A stretch of 64,000 bases of DNA from a virus, in IMG/VR virus record IMGVR_UViG_3300037419_001192, positions 1 through 64,000 of that record, one strand, 5' to 3'. The number at the start of each line of letters is the position of its first letter. The first letter of the stretch is position 1. The notes beneath the pieces were generated by a model. That model was not told where the DNA came from. It did no database searches and saw only the letters and a list, made by a program, of their open reading frames with translations. Position numbers and translations under genes: made by a program. Positions 56,725 through 64,000 of the stretch are shown piece by piece.

Positions 56725-56752
56725 TTGACAAACCGGATAGTGAGAGTAAGAT
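56725..56752 (+). promoter_or_regulatory. sigma70-type early promoter
   Basis: TTGACA(AAC)-N16-TAAGAT. Confidence 0.7.
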
Positions 56753-56787
56753 GGGTCTGTCGCAAACAACCAACCAATGGAGTGAAA

Positions 56788-57357
56788 ATGACTGAATTTT
56801 TGAAATCCGTTCTTGGCGATTACAAGCCATTCGAATTCATCCACGGCACCGGCAACCGCTACATTGTCATCGGGAAAGTCGGTGACAATAAAGTGGCGAT
56901 CCATATCGAAGCCGGCACCGGGGCCGTACCGTACAAGGGCAACAAGCTGGCAACGACCGGGCTGGCGCTGCGGCTAATCGAAATCGGGGAAGATTCCCTG
57001 CTGGGTAAAGCCTTCGGGCATCGCGGCCATGCGCAGTTCGCCACCCCGGATGGGGAAGTCCTCGAAGGGCATCGGCTGATCAAGACCTTTTTGCCGGTCA
57101 CCAACTACCCGACTTCCGGCGCGACGTTCCACAAGTTTCTGGCTGTAGCACTGCCGAAACTCGCCACTTTCATCAAGGAAAAACTCGAAGGCGCGGGCGG
57201 CAAACTGACGATTTCCCTCGATGAACTGGAAACCGCAATGAAATGCAACCTCGATCTGTACGATAACCCCGACCTCGATCTGTTCCATTTGCCGGGGCAA
57301 AAGCCGGATTGGCTCGAAGCCAAGAAACCGGAACCGCCTGCCGAGAGTGGCAATTGA
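56788..57357 (+). CDS. hypothetical protein
   Basis: CAATGGAGTG leader; stop within palindrome. Confidence 0.7.
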   Translation: MTEFLKSVLGDYKPFEFIHGTGNRYIVIGKVGDNKVAIHIEAGTGAVPYKGNKLATTGLALRLIEIGEDSLLGKAFGHRGHAQFATPDGEVLEGHRLIKTFLPVTNYPTSGATFHKFLAVALPKLATFIKEKLEGAGGKLTISLDELETAMKCNLDLYDNPDLDLFHLPGQKPDWLEAKKPEPPAESGN

Positions 57358-57677
57358 TTGCCACGATTGACCGGTTCTTCCTATGGTCGGGAGCCACCCA
57401 TTTTTTCTTGCTCCTGACCTTCGGCTTCGATGCCATACTTGCTGTTTTCTTAATCAACCATTGGAGATTATCCGTGTCGCACAAGTGTTCCAAATGCACG
57501 ATGAAGTTCAATTCCGCCAAGCAAGCGCAGTGTTCCCGGATCGGCTGCCCCGGCAATCGGGTCACGAAGAATTTGCAGGAAACTGCGGATATTCCCGAGT
57601 ATGACTTCGGCGGCATCTTGCAAATGGATTCAACGAGCGAACCACTGGCTGATCGGGGAGAAATAGATGGGTACTGA
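57354..57677 (+). CDS. membrane-anchored zinc-finger hypothetical protein
   Basis: Hydrophobic stretch then CSKC...CSRIGC; start uncertain. Confidence 0.45.
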   Translation: MIATIDRFFLWSGATHFFLLLTFGFDAILAVFLINHWRLSVSHKCSKCTMKFNSAKQAQCSRIGCPGNRVTKNLQETADIPEYDFGGILQMDSTSEPLADRGEIDGY

Positions 57678-57909
57678 AGCGCATGCAGCCCGGCATGGCT
57701 GCTACAACCGGCAGGTAAGCAATACCTTGGTCGTGCAAGTCGGCTGGACACGGGTCAGCAATTACGGCATGGGTTACACCACCCGCGAGCCGTTATTGAA
57801 GGAAATCCCGAGCCTGATGAGCAAGGATTGCAAATATAGCAAAGAGCATTACGACCCCAAGTGTTCCGGGTGCCTTTGGAACACAACCAACCTGAAGTCC
57901 AACCCGTAG
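57667..57909 (+). CDS. Cys-rich hypothetical protein
   Basis: HGCYNR...MSKDCKYS..DPKCSGC. Confidence 0.6.
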   Translation: MGTEAHAARHGCYNRQVSNTLVVQVGWTRVSNYGMGYTTREPLLKEIPSLMSKDCKYSKEHYDPKCSGCLWNTTNLKSNP

Positions 57910-57931
57910 TTCACCTAAAGGAGTAGTCAAA

Positions 57932-58360
57932 ATGAAAAGTGCAACCGACAAAGACCAAAGCGCCGAAGAATTCTTTTACAACCGGGGCTTCAAGCCATGC
58001 TTCCACGATGGCTTGTGCAGCCACCATACCTATCTGGTCGTGGCCTGCAAGGAAGCCCGCGCCTACAACTGCATCGGCATCCGCAATGTCGGCAGGTATT
58101 TCCGCGTCCATGCTTACCCCAGCTTCGAATTCTTCGGCCTGACCGATATCGATTCCTATGGCCCGAAAGAAGATGTGAACGGCATCAGCTATGAAGGCGT
58201 CCATTTCAACCAGCAACAAATCATCGCCATGCTGACAACACTGCAAGAAGATGATCTGGTGAAAGTCGCGCCGCTCGACCAGATATTCAGCGTGGTCGAT
58301 CAGGGGTATGATCCCGAGTCGGCGGACAGTGCCAACGAACAGGTGAGCGAAGACGACTGA
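57932..58360 (+). CDS. hypothetical protein
   Basis: CTA-AAGGAG-TAG leader. Confidence 0.65.
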   Translation: MKSATDKDQSAEEFFYNRGFKPCFHDGLCSHHTYLVVACKEARAYNCIGIRNVGRYFRVHAYPSFEFFGLTDIDSYGPKEDVNGISYEGVHFNQQQIIAMLTTLQEDDLVKVAPLDQIFSVVDQGYDPESADSANEQVSEDD

Positions 58361-58628
58361 GCGGCCCGTGGCGGCACGAACGCCACCGGGTTGATACCTG
58401 CCTACTACCCCGCTCGGAAAACCTCCCAGCGGGGCTTCCTTTTGGAGACAGCCGTGACAATAAAAATGAAGCTGGCATTCGAACAATGGAAACGTCTTGC
58501 GGTAGAGCATGTTGGAGCCCATTGGCCGACATGGTGCGGTGCTTGGATCATCCAGCAACAAGAAATCGACCGCTTGATTTGCGAAAACATGCGACTGGAG
58601 CGCCGCTTGAACGAACTGGAGAAAAACA

Positions 58629-58778
58629 ATGGAAATCAAATGGCTTTGCATCATGGCAGCGGTAATGATGGTAGCGATGTTCGGCTCGATAGGCGTAACG
58701 GAATACCAGAAGGGCCAAGCCAAGATCGCTTGCTATGAAGCGGCAAAGACCAACCCGAAAATCAATTGCAAGGAGTGA
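58629..58778 (+). CDS. small membrane protein (49 aa)
   Basis: Read manually: MEIKWLCIMAAVMMVAMFGSIGV...C..AAK...C. Confidence 0.5.
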   Translation: MEIKWLCIMAAVMMVAMFGSIGVTEYQKGQAKIACYEAAKTNPKINCKE

Positions 58779-58781
58779 ACC

Positions 58782-59042
58782 ATGACAACGTGGAATTATC
58801 GGGTGATGGACATCCGCCACAACGATGGCAGCGGTGGGGTGGAAACGATCCGTGCCATTCATGAAGTCTATTACAACGAGCATGGCGAGCCGATCAGTTA
58901 CACGCTGAACCCGGTGCAAGTGCTGACGGTGCTGGAAACCGATTCTCCGAATGCGCTGATGGAAACGCTGGACAAGATGCGCGAAGCCCTGTCGAAGCCG
59001 GTGATGACGCCGGTAGATTTCCATAGCCAGAAAGCCCCTTGA
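58782..59042 (+). CDS. conserved small phage protein (WNYRV / HEVYY family)
   Basis: WNYRVM...IHEVYYNEHGEP...ALSKPVM. Confidence 0.7.
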   Translation: MTTWNYRVMDIRHNDGSGGVETIRAIHEVYYNEHGEPISYTLNPVQVLTVLETDSPNALMETLDKMREALSKPVMTPVDFHSQKAP

Positions 59043-59275
59043 AGGAGATACCCGTGATTGGAAAATGGGATCACCGAGTCGTGGAAGTGCAGAACGGTGC
59101 GGAAACCGTAAAAATGATTTGCGAAGTGTTCTATGACGCTTATGGCAAGCCATGGGGGCGCAACGATGGGGCGGTAGTGTTTTGGGGCGAAGGTCAAGAC
59201 CCGCTGGGCTACATCGAGATGATGAAGACCGCTCTGGATAAGCCGGTGCTGACCGATAAGGATTTCAGGAAGTGA
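59039..59275 (+). CDS. paralog of preceding protein
   Basis: WDHRVV...ICEVFYDAYGKP...ALDKPVL. Confidence 0.65.
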   Translation: MKEIPVIGKWDHRVVEVQNGAETVKMICEVFYDAYGKPWGRNDGAVVFWGEGQDPLGYIEMMKTALDKPVLTDKDFRK

Positions 59276-60384
59276 ATATTTCACCATATCAATTGCTGAA
59301 CCTGATCGAAGGGGGTGGCGCAGCCACTTCCCTCCGTATGGTGTACGTCGATATCGCTGGTGGGGACATCAATGCTGGCTTGCTGCTAACCCAGATCGCT
59401 TACTGGAACAAGCCGGACAAGGGCGGAAACGATACCAAGTTGCGGGTGGAAAAGAATGGCAGGCTATGGCTGGCAAAGAAGCGCACCGACTGGTACGCGG
59501 AAATCCGCCTGACAGAGAAGCAATACGACCGGGCCATCCGCATTCTGCAAGACCTTGGCATCGTGGAAGTCCAACTGTTCAAGTTCAACGGGCACCCAAT
59601 ACCGCATATTTGGCTCAATATCGACACGCTTTACCATCTTGTCGGCCAGATTCAGTACGGTAAGGATGGACTCCCCATTTTACCTAAACAGGAAAATGGA
59701 CTTTCCCCAAACGGTAAAATGAGTTTTACCCAAACGGTAAAATCTTTAACAGAGACTACTACAGAGAGTACAACAGAGACTACAGACCTTGGGCTTTGCC
59801 CAACCCCACCCGATGTTAAAAAAGAATTAAAACCGGGCAAGGAAGATTTTAAGATAGGAGTAGAAAAAATGGCAACGGTTAAAGAGGTATTGGAAAATAA
59901 GCAAATTAAGAAAAGTGAAAATTTGGCTACCCCGAAGTTGGCTGCCAAGAAGTCGGATTTATACCTGCGCTGGAAACAGCAAGCTGCCCAATACCATGGC
60001 GGCAAAGCCAAGGAGTTGACTGGCAAGGATGAGGGGCAACTGAATCATGTGTTCAAGGCGGTTGGTGCGGATTCGATTCGGCTGATCGATTTTGTCTGGG
60101 GCCATTGGAAGAAATTCGCCAACAAGGTCGCGGAGAACAAGGGGATTGCTCTTATCCCCGGTGAGCCTTCGCTGCCGTACTTCTGCACCCACTACGATGT
60201 GGCGTGGCAATTGATTGCCAAAGCTGATGCTGCCCAACAACCGGTAAAAAAATTACAACCTGCAATTGACAAACAAGGTAAAGTCAACGACACTCCGGGT
60301 ATTAAGGAAAAGCCGTACATCCCTTCCCCGGAAGAACTGGCTGCACTTTCTGAAAGTCTGAAGAAGCCGGGGGTGGAAATTTAA
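59272..60384 (+). CDS. replication initiator (wHTH, lambda O-like organisation)
   Basis: AGLLLTQIAYW...WLAKKRTDWYAEIRLTEKQYDRAIRIL; internal DNA iterons; TETTTESTTET linker. Confidence 0.8.
   Translation: MNISPYQLLNLIEGGGAATSLRMVYVDIAGGDINAGLLLTQIAYWNKPDKGGNDTKLRVEKNGRLWLAKKRTDWYAEIRLTEKQYDRAIRILQDLGIVEVQLFKFNGHPIPHIWLNIDTLYHLVGQIQYGKDGLPILPKQENGLSPNGKMSFTQTVKSLTETTTESTTETTDLGLCPTPPDVKKELKPGKEDFKIGVEKMATVKEVLENKQIKKSENLATPKLAAKKSDLYLRWKQQAAQYHGGKAKELTGKDEGQLNHVFKAVGADSIRLIDFVWGHWKKFANKVAENKGIALIPGEPSLPYFCTHYDVAWQLIAKADAAQQPVKKLQPAIDKQGKVNDTPGIKEKPYIPSPEELAALSESLKKPGVEI
59678..59743. repeat. putative replication-origin iterons
   Basis: Three units at 23-bp period (59678, 59701, 59724), consensus TTTTACC-CAAAC-GGTAAAA (internally palindromic), followed by A-rich tract ~59815-59930. 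Confidence 0.75.
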
Positions 60385-60394
60385 GGAGCATTTG

Positions 60395-60946
60395 ATGGGA
60401 ACTTTCGAAAATTCGATTCTCGACCCGGAGCGCCATGCTGCGATTTTGCGCAACAAGGACATGATCCTCCGTGTTGCCAATTTGAATGAGAAATACCTGC
60501 ACCAATCGATGAAGAATGGGGTATCCACCCAATCCGAAATCGATTGGGTCAAGAATTTCAATATCCATCGCAAAAATAATGTCGCCGGGCTGGCAATGGT
60601 TGGCGTCGAGAATGCTTCCGAGAAACAGATGGAAATGTGCGGCGCACTGCTGCGTTACTTCATCGATGGCCGGGTGATGACGCTGACCAATGTGCTGGGG
60701 CATTTGGAAGATGGCAACATGCCCGAGCCTTCGGCACTGTTCATCCCGAACTTCTTCGTGAAGATGCCGGGAGGCAGCCCGCTGCCCGGTTTCAAGCTGG
60801 GCTGGCTGTACGATCTGCTGCTGGATCGGCATATCGCCAACAAGCCTACCTGCCTGTATATCGAAAGCATGGCTGGGATGACCGATGCCTATGGCTCTGC
60901 CATGGCTGATCTTATCAAGGGGCAATACCTTATCGCGGAGGATTAA
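60395..60946 (+). CDS. degenerate DnaC/IstB-like helicase loader
   Basis: Between initiator and helicase; SALFIPNF and LYDLLLDRHIANKPT resemble DnaC, but Walker A/B are not intact. Confidence 0.55.
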   Translation: MGTFENSILDPERHAAILRNKDMILRVANLNEKYLHQSMKNGVSTQSEIDWVKNFNIHRKNNVAGLAMVGVENASEKQMEMCGALLRYFIDGRVMTLTNVLGHLEDGNMPEPSALFIPNFFVKMPGGSPLPGFKLGWLYDLLLDRHIANKPTCLYIESMAGMTDAYGSAMADLIKGQYLIAED

Positions 60947-62248
60947 GTGTCTTTCAAGGTCGGTTACAAACTATTAAAACGGTTGTGCCAAGATCAAAAA
61001 CCACTCGCTTGGCACCAATGCAAACTCACCAAAGAGTTGTTTGACGGAACGGAAGAACAGCAAGCGTATCAATGGGTCGATGCCCATATCACGAAGCACC
61101 ATGCCTTGCCCTCGGTCGATACGCTGGGGCAGGCATTTCCCGAGTTCAAGCAATTCGATGCACCCGAGCCGGTCAGCTATTACCTCGAAACGGTAGAGCG
61201 GCGCTTCAAGATGCGGGTCATGAACCAAGCCAATATCGCCAGCCAAGCGATTTTGAAAGAAGCGCAATCGGATTTGGTTGGCGCTCCTGCCAAGGTCGAA
61301 GAAGCGGCAAAGATATTGCGCGAAGCCACTGACAAAATTACCCGGAATGCTTTCCGCACGAAGCTGATCGATTTCGGTGTCGAAGGCCCGAGCCTTGTGT
61401 TGCAGGAATACCACTCGCTGAATGCGAAGGAAAGCAAGGTCGTCTTTGGCTGGCCGTATCTCGATGATCAATCCGGTGGAGCGCTGCCCGGCGATTTGAT
61501 TTCCTTCGTTGGTCGCCCGGCATCCGGCAAGACGTTCATGGGCTTGAATGCGGCACTGAAGAATTGGATTCAGGGCGCGAACATCTTGTTCGTTTCCATG
61601 GAAATGAACCCGATGGCAATTTCGCAGCGCTTGACCGCGATGTATGCCCATGTGTCATTGACCGCGCTGAAAACGAGTGGCTTTCCGACTGCCAGCTACA
61701 AAAAATTTGCCGGCAGCCTGCAATCAATTGCCAATGAAAAGGCGAAGTTGTATATCGTCAATGGCAACTTGGCCGCGACTTGCGAAGACATTTATACGCT
61801 GGCCGATCAACTGCAAGTCGATGCGGTGTTCAACGATGGCGCGTATTTGATGAAGCACAAGAATCCCCGGCTGGATCGCTTCACGAAAGTGGCCGAGAAC
61901 ACCGAAATGATGAAGCACTTTACCGAAGTGCTTGCCATCCCGACATTTGCTTCATGGCAGTTGAACCGTGAAGCGGCCAAGAAAGTCAAGAAAGACAAGG
62001 AAACCGTTGGACTCGAAGATATTTCAATGTCCGATGCGATTCCCCAAGCATCCTCGATGGTGCTAGGATTGTTCCAAGAAGAAAGTGTCGAAACCAGTGA
62101 AGGCCGGATCATCGAAGTCATGAAAGGCCGCGATGGGCAAGTGGGCCGGTTCTTGATCCACTGGGATTTCGAAAAAATGAATTTCGATCAAATCGTGGAT
62201 ACGGAAGCGGCACCGCTGCCATCCCCGGAAGATGAACAATACATCTAG
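60947..62248 (+). CDS. DnaB-like replicative helicase
   Basis: GRPASGKT, FVSMEM, NDGAYLM, WQLNR, MKGRDG. Confidence 0.92.
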   Translation: MSFKVGYKLLKRLCQDQKPLAWHQCKLTKELFDGTEEQQAYQWVDAHITKHHALPSVDTLGQAFPEFKQFDAPEPVSYYLETVERRFKMRVMNQANIASQAILKEAQSDLVGAPAKVEEAAKILREATDKITRNAFRTKLIDFGVEGPSLVLQEYHSLNAKESKVVFGWPYLDDQSGGALPGDLISFVGRPASGKTFMGLNAALKNWIQGANILFVSMEMNPMAISQRLTAMYAHVSLTALKTSGFPTASYKKFAGSLQSIANEKAKLYIVNGNLAATCEDIYTLADQLQVDAVFNDGAYLMKHKNPRLDRFTKVAENTEMMKHFTEVLAIPTFASWQLNREAAKKVKKDKETVGLEDISMSDAIPQASSMVLGLFQEESVETSEGRIIEVMKGRDGQVGRFLIHWDFEKMNFDQIVDTEAAPLPSPEDEQYI

Positions 62249-62278
62249 TAACAGCTAGTCACCACAACGGAGTGAGAC

Positions 62279-62572
62279 ATGCTTTCCTTGAGTTCGATCA
62301 ATGGTTGGCACTTGCTGGTTGCCTCTGGGTCATTGTTGCTCCTATTCTGTATCCTGTTGTACAGCAAGCCCCCCAGTAGTGCGAAGGGCCGGTGGATCGC
62401 AGAAGTCTGGACTGTCTCCCCGTTCAACCATGGCACTCAAGTCCGCTGGCGACGCCGCTATAAATACCGCTGGCAAGCCGTATGGGCAGCCAAAGCCGAA
62501 GCCCGGTTGATGGATCATATCGGCGCGGTTCACTGGGAATTCGGTATCGACTGGGGAGTGCGCGGGCTTTGA
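62279..62572 (+). CDS. membrane-anchored hypothetical protein
   Basis: N-terminal TM; CA-ACGGAG-TG leader. Confidence 0.55.
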   Translation: MLSLSSINGWHLLVASGSLLLLFCILLYSKPPSSAKGRWIAEVWTVSPFNHGTQVRWRRRYKYRWQAVWAAKAEARLMDHIGAVHWEFGIDWGVRGL

Positions 62573-62597
62573 CAAACTGGTGAGTGTCGTTTATACT
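62569..62597 (+). promoter_or_regulatory. sigma70-type early promoter
   Basis: TTGACA(AAC)-N17-TATACT. Confidence 0.8.
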
Positions 62598-62630
62598 TCC
62601 ATCTGATCAATCAAACCATGGAGGGGCAAA

Positions 62631-63101
62631 ATGACACTCGTAGTCAAACGCAAGGCAGGCACCGTCACCATTACCGAAACCGAGCAAGTCGCGCAGCCGG
62701 TTGCCAAGATCAAGTCCGGCATCATTACCGAAGAACAGCAGAAGATCGACCGATTCGTTGCACTGAACCAACAGATCGAGGATTCGGGCATCTTGCCGCT
62801 GATCGAGGAACGCGAAACGCTCAAGAAGGAATTGGCTGCCGTTGCCAAGGATTACCCACCCGAAAAGAATGTGGTTCTAAAGGGAACCATCGGGGAAGCC
62901 GAATTTTCCCGCGCCAGCAACACCACCGAGATTGTCGATAAAGCTGGTTTGATCGAGAAATTGGGTCAAGCCGTTTTCAATGAATGCGCCAAGATCGGTA
63001 TCGAGGAATTGAAGAAATACCTTTCCGAAAACGAACTGGCGCAGTTCACAGCATCGGGCTATGGATCGCGCCGCTTACAGGCGATCCGTCCCTATGAATG
63101 A
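62631..63101 (+). CDS. hypothetical protein
   Basis: CC-ATGGAG-GG leader; coiled-coil. Confidence 0.7.
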   Translation: MTLVVKRKAGTVTITETEQVAQPVAKIKSGIITEEQQKIDRFVALNQQIEDSGILPLIEERETLKKELAAVAKDYPPEKNVVLKGTIGEAEFSRASNTTEIVDKAGLIEKLGQAVFNECAKIGIEELKKYLSENELAQFTASGYGSRRLQAIRPYE

Positions 63102-63276
63102 TGCCCAACTCCCCCCGCTATCCGAAGCGCTTCAACGTGTGAAATATGCAGTCCGTCCGGATGTCATTGATTTCTTCCGGACGCTGCATGGCAAGCTGGA
63201 TCAAGCCACCACCGTCGATGAATTGAAACCGATCATTGAAGTCCTGATGCTGACCCTTTTTGACGAGAGGCACTAA
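63094..63276 (+). CDS. hypothetical protein
   Basis: Coupled small ORF. Confidence 0.5.
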   Translation: MNDAQLPPLSEALQRVKYAVRPDVIDFFRTLHGKLDQATTVDELKPIIEVLMLTLFDERH

Positions 63277-63716
63277 TGGCAACAAGAAAAATTGGCAAGA
63301 CCAAGGCTGGCGCAATCATCACGATTGGCCGCAGCGATTCGAAAGGGCTGGAAGGCACTTACGAGAATTGCGATGACCATGCGGAAAACCTGATCCCGCT
63401 GGTGAAGTCGCTGCTGCCGATGGCGAAAACCGTCGATGTGAAAGAATGGCGTCAGTTCAACAATGTCCACTATCTGTTTTGCCATAGCGGGCGCATCCTA
63501 TTCTTCGAAGGCCACAAGGTCAACCGGGAATATGTTGGCATTCGCTTCGGTATCAAATACTGCGGCTTGAAGGTGCCGCTGTTCTTGTACACCGACACGG
63601 AACAGCTACTCGATTTCTGGCAATTGATTGCCATCCTCGCCGCCGAGCCGAACATCATCGGCAAATCGATCATCAATCTGGAAACGCAAGAATCCTGCGA
63701 AGAAGCCAAAGTTTAA
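63276..63716 (+). CDS. hypothetical protein
   Basis: TAATG coupling, GAGG RBS. Confidence 0.6.
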   Translation: MATRKIGKTKAGAIITIGRSDSKGLEGTYENCDDHAENLIPLVKSLLPMAKTVDVKEWRQFNNVHYLFCHSGRILFFEGHKVNREYVGIRFGIKYCGLKVPLFLYTDTEQLLDFWQLIAILAAEPNIIGKSIINLETQESCEEAKV

Positions 63717-63739
63717 GCTGGGTTGGACGCCAAGCTTTC

Positions 63740-63763
63740 CCCCGCTTTCGGGCGGGGTTTTTT
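63740..63763 (+). terminator. intrinsic terminator
   Basis: CCCCGCT-TTCG-GGCGGGG + T-run. Confidence 0.85.
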
Positions 63764-63793
63764 ACATCCCTACTATTACCAAGAGGAAACGCT

Positions 63794-64000
63794 ATGTCAG
63801 TCGCTCGTTTGAATAGCACCCTGTATGACTCGGTTCGAGCCGCCTGCGATGCAATGAGTGCGGGCATCACCGAAACCGTTGAAGTCCTGCAATCCATTGT
63901 CGGTGCCAATGGGTTTGGCTTGATCAACCAGCCGGGCGGCAAGAAAATCACCGGTATCCAGCAGCCGGATGGCTCGTATCCTGTACTCGTTGCGCTCGGT
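63794..64000 (+). CDS. 3'-truncated hypothetical protein
   Basis: GAGG RBS, ATG 63794, open to window end. Confidence 0.6.
   Translation, partial: MSVARLNSTLYDSVRAACDAMSAGITETVEVLQSIVGANGFGLINQPGGKKITGIQQPDGSYPVLVALG

Larger units (their letters stand above)
670..63632. repeat. Dispersed 14-bp palindrome GGCAAT(TG/CA/CG)ATTGCC, at least 39 copies
   Basis: Starts at 670,1545,2268,3047,4793,7289,8333,11180,12225,14505,15495,17867,20102,21083,21250,24119,25637,26938,27794,32064,33342,34007,37933,38957,39802,41862,45024,46211,46308,46947,49719,51072,52250,54050,54900,57349,60206,61719,63619 (0-2 mismatches, counted by eye). Confidence 0.97.

Noticed and set aside
59749-59785. 12-bp tandem repeat ACAGAGA(C/G)TAC as a separate DNA element
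   Set aside because: Explained by the TETT/TEST peptide linker typical of phage initiators
60266-60294. Additional TTGACAAAC promoter inside the initiator gene
   Set aside because: The -10 (GACACT) is poor, so it is not listed as a feature
670-63632. Palindrome as sigma54 promoter, FNR box or IHF site
   Set aside because: GG-to-GC spacing is 9 nt, not the 10 required for sigma54; it lacks the TTGAT-N4-ATCAA geometry of FNR and the WATCAA-N4-TTR of IHF; most copies are intragenic
670-63632. Palindrome as CRISPR repeat or REP/MITE element
   Set aside because: Copies are isolated 14-mers kilobases apart, with no spacer array, no cas genes and no shared flanks or target duplications
1-64000. 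Prophage boundaries, integrase, tRNA or rRNA genes
   Set aside because: No host-like genes, att-adjacent integrase or cloverleaf structures seen by eye; tRNAscan would be needed to exclude tRNAs fully

Overview
The whole window is part of a GC-rich (by eye just under 60%) tailed dsDNA phage genome with siphovirus-type structural genes, transcribed almost entirely on the + strand. No integrase, tRNA or CRISPR array is visible, and the terminase is not in the window. Layout: (1-16.4 kb) early/middle genes, including a PPDK-like protein lacking the pyruvate/PEP domain, a CsrA-like protein, two CX5R phosphatases, a family A DNA polymerase and an HNH endonuclease; (16.5-53.6 kb) virion and lysis genes (portal, MuF, XkdF-like protease, scaffold, capsid, tail tube, frameshifted chaperone, 2594-aa tape measure with an SLT domain, GTA-like tail tip, fibre cluster, lysozyme); (53.7-64 kb) early genes, AAA ATPase, HNH and an initiator/ori/DnaC-like/DnaB replication module. 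Four things are not explained by standard annotation. (a) A 14-bp palindrome GGCAAT-YR-ATTGCC occurs at least 39 times (counted by eye), inside genes in different reading frames, over stop codons, in terminators and beside promoters. (b) About 18 early/middle genes have their ribosome-binding site in a short hairpin with an ANGGAG hexaloop and compensatory stem changes, which is the shape of a CsrA/RsmA target, and the phage encodes its own CsrA-like protein. (c) There is a putative phosphotransferase/phosphatase cluster. (d) The tail-tip gene is split into three paralogous N-terminal modules plus one C-terminal module. All product calls come from motif recognition by eye, not database searches, so novelty is unverified.
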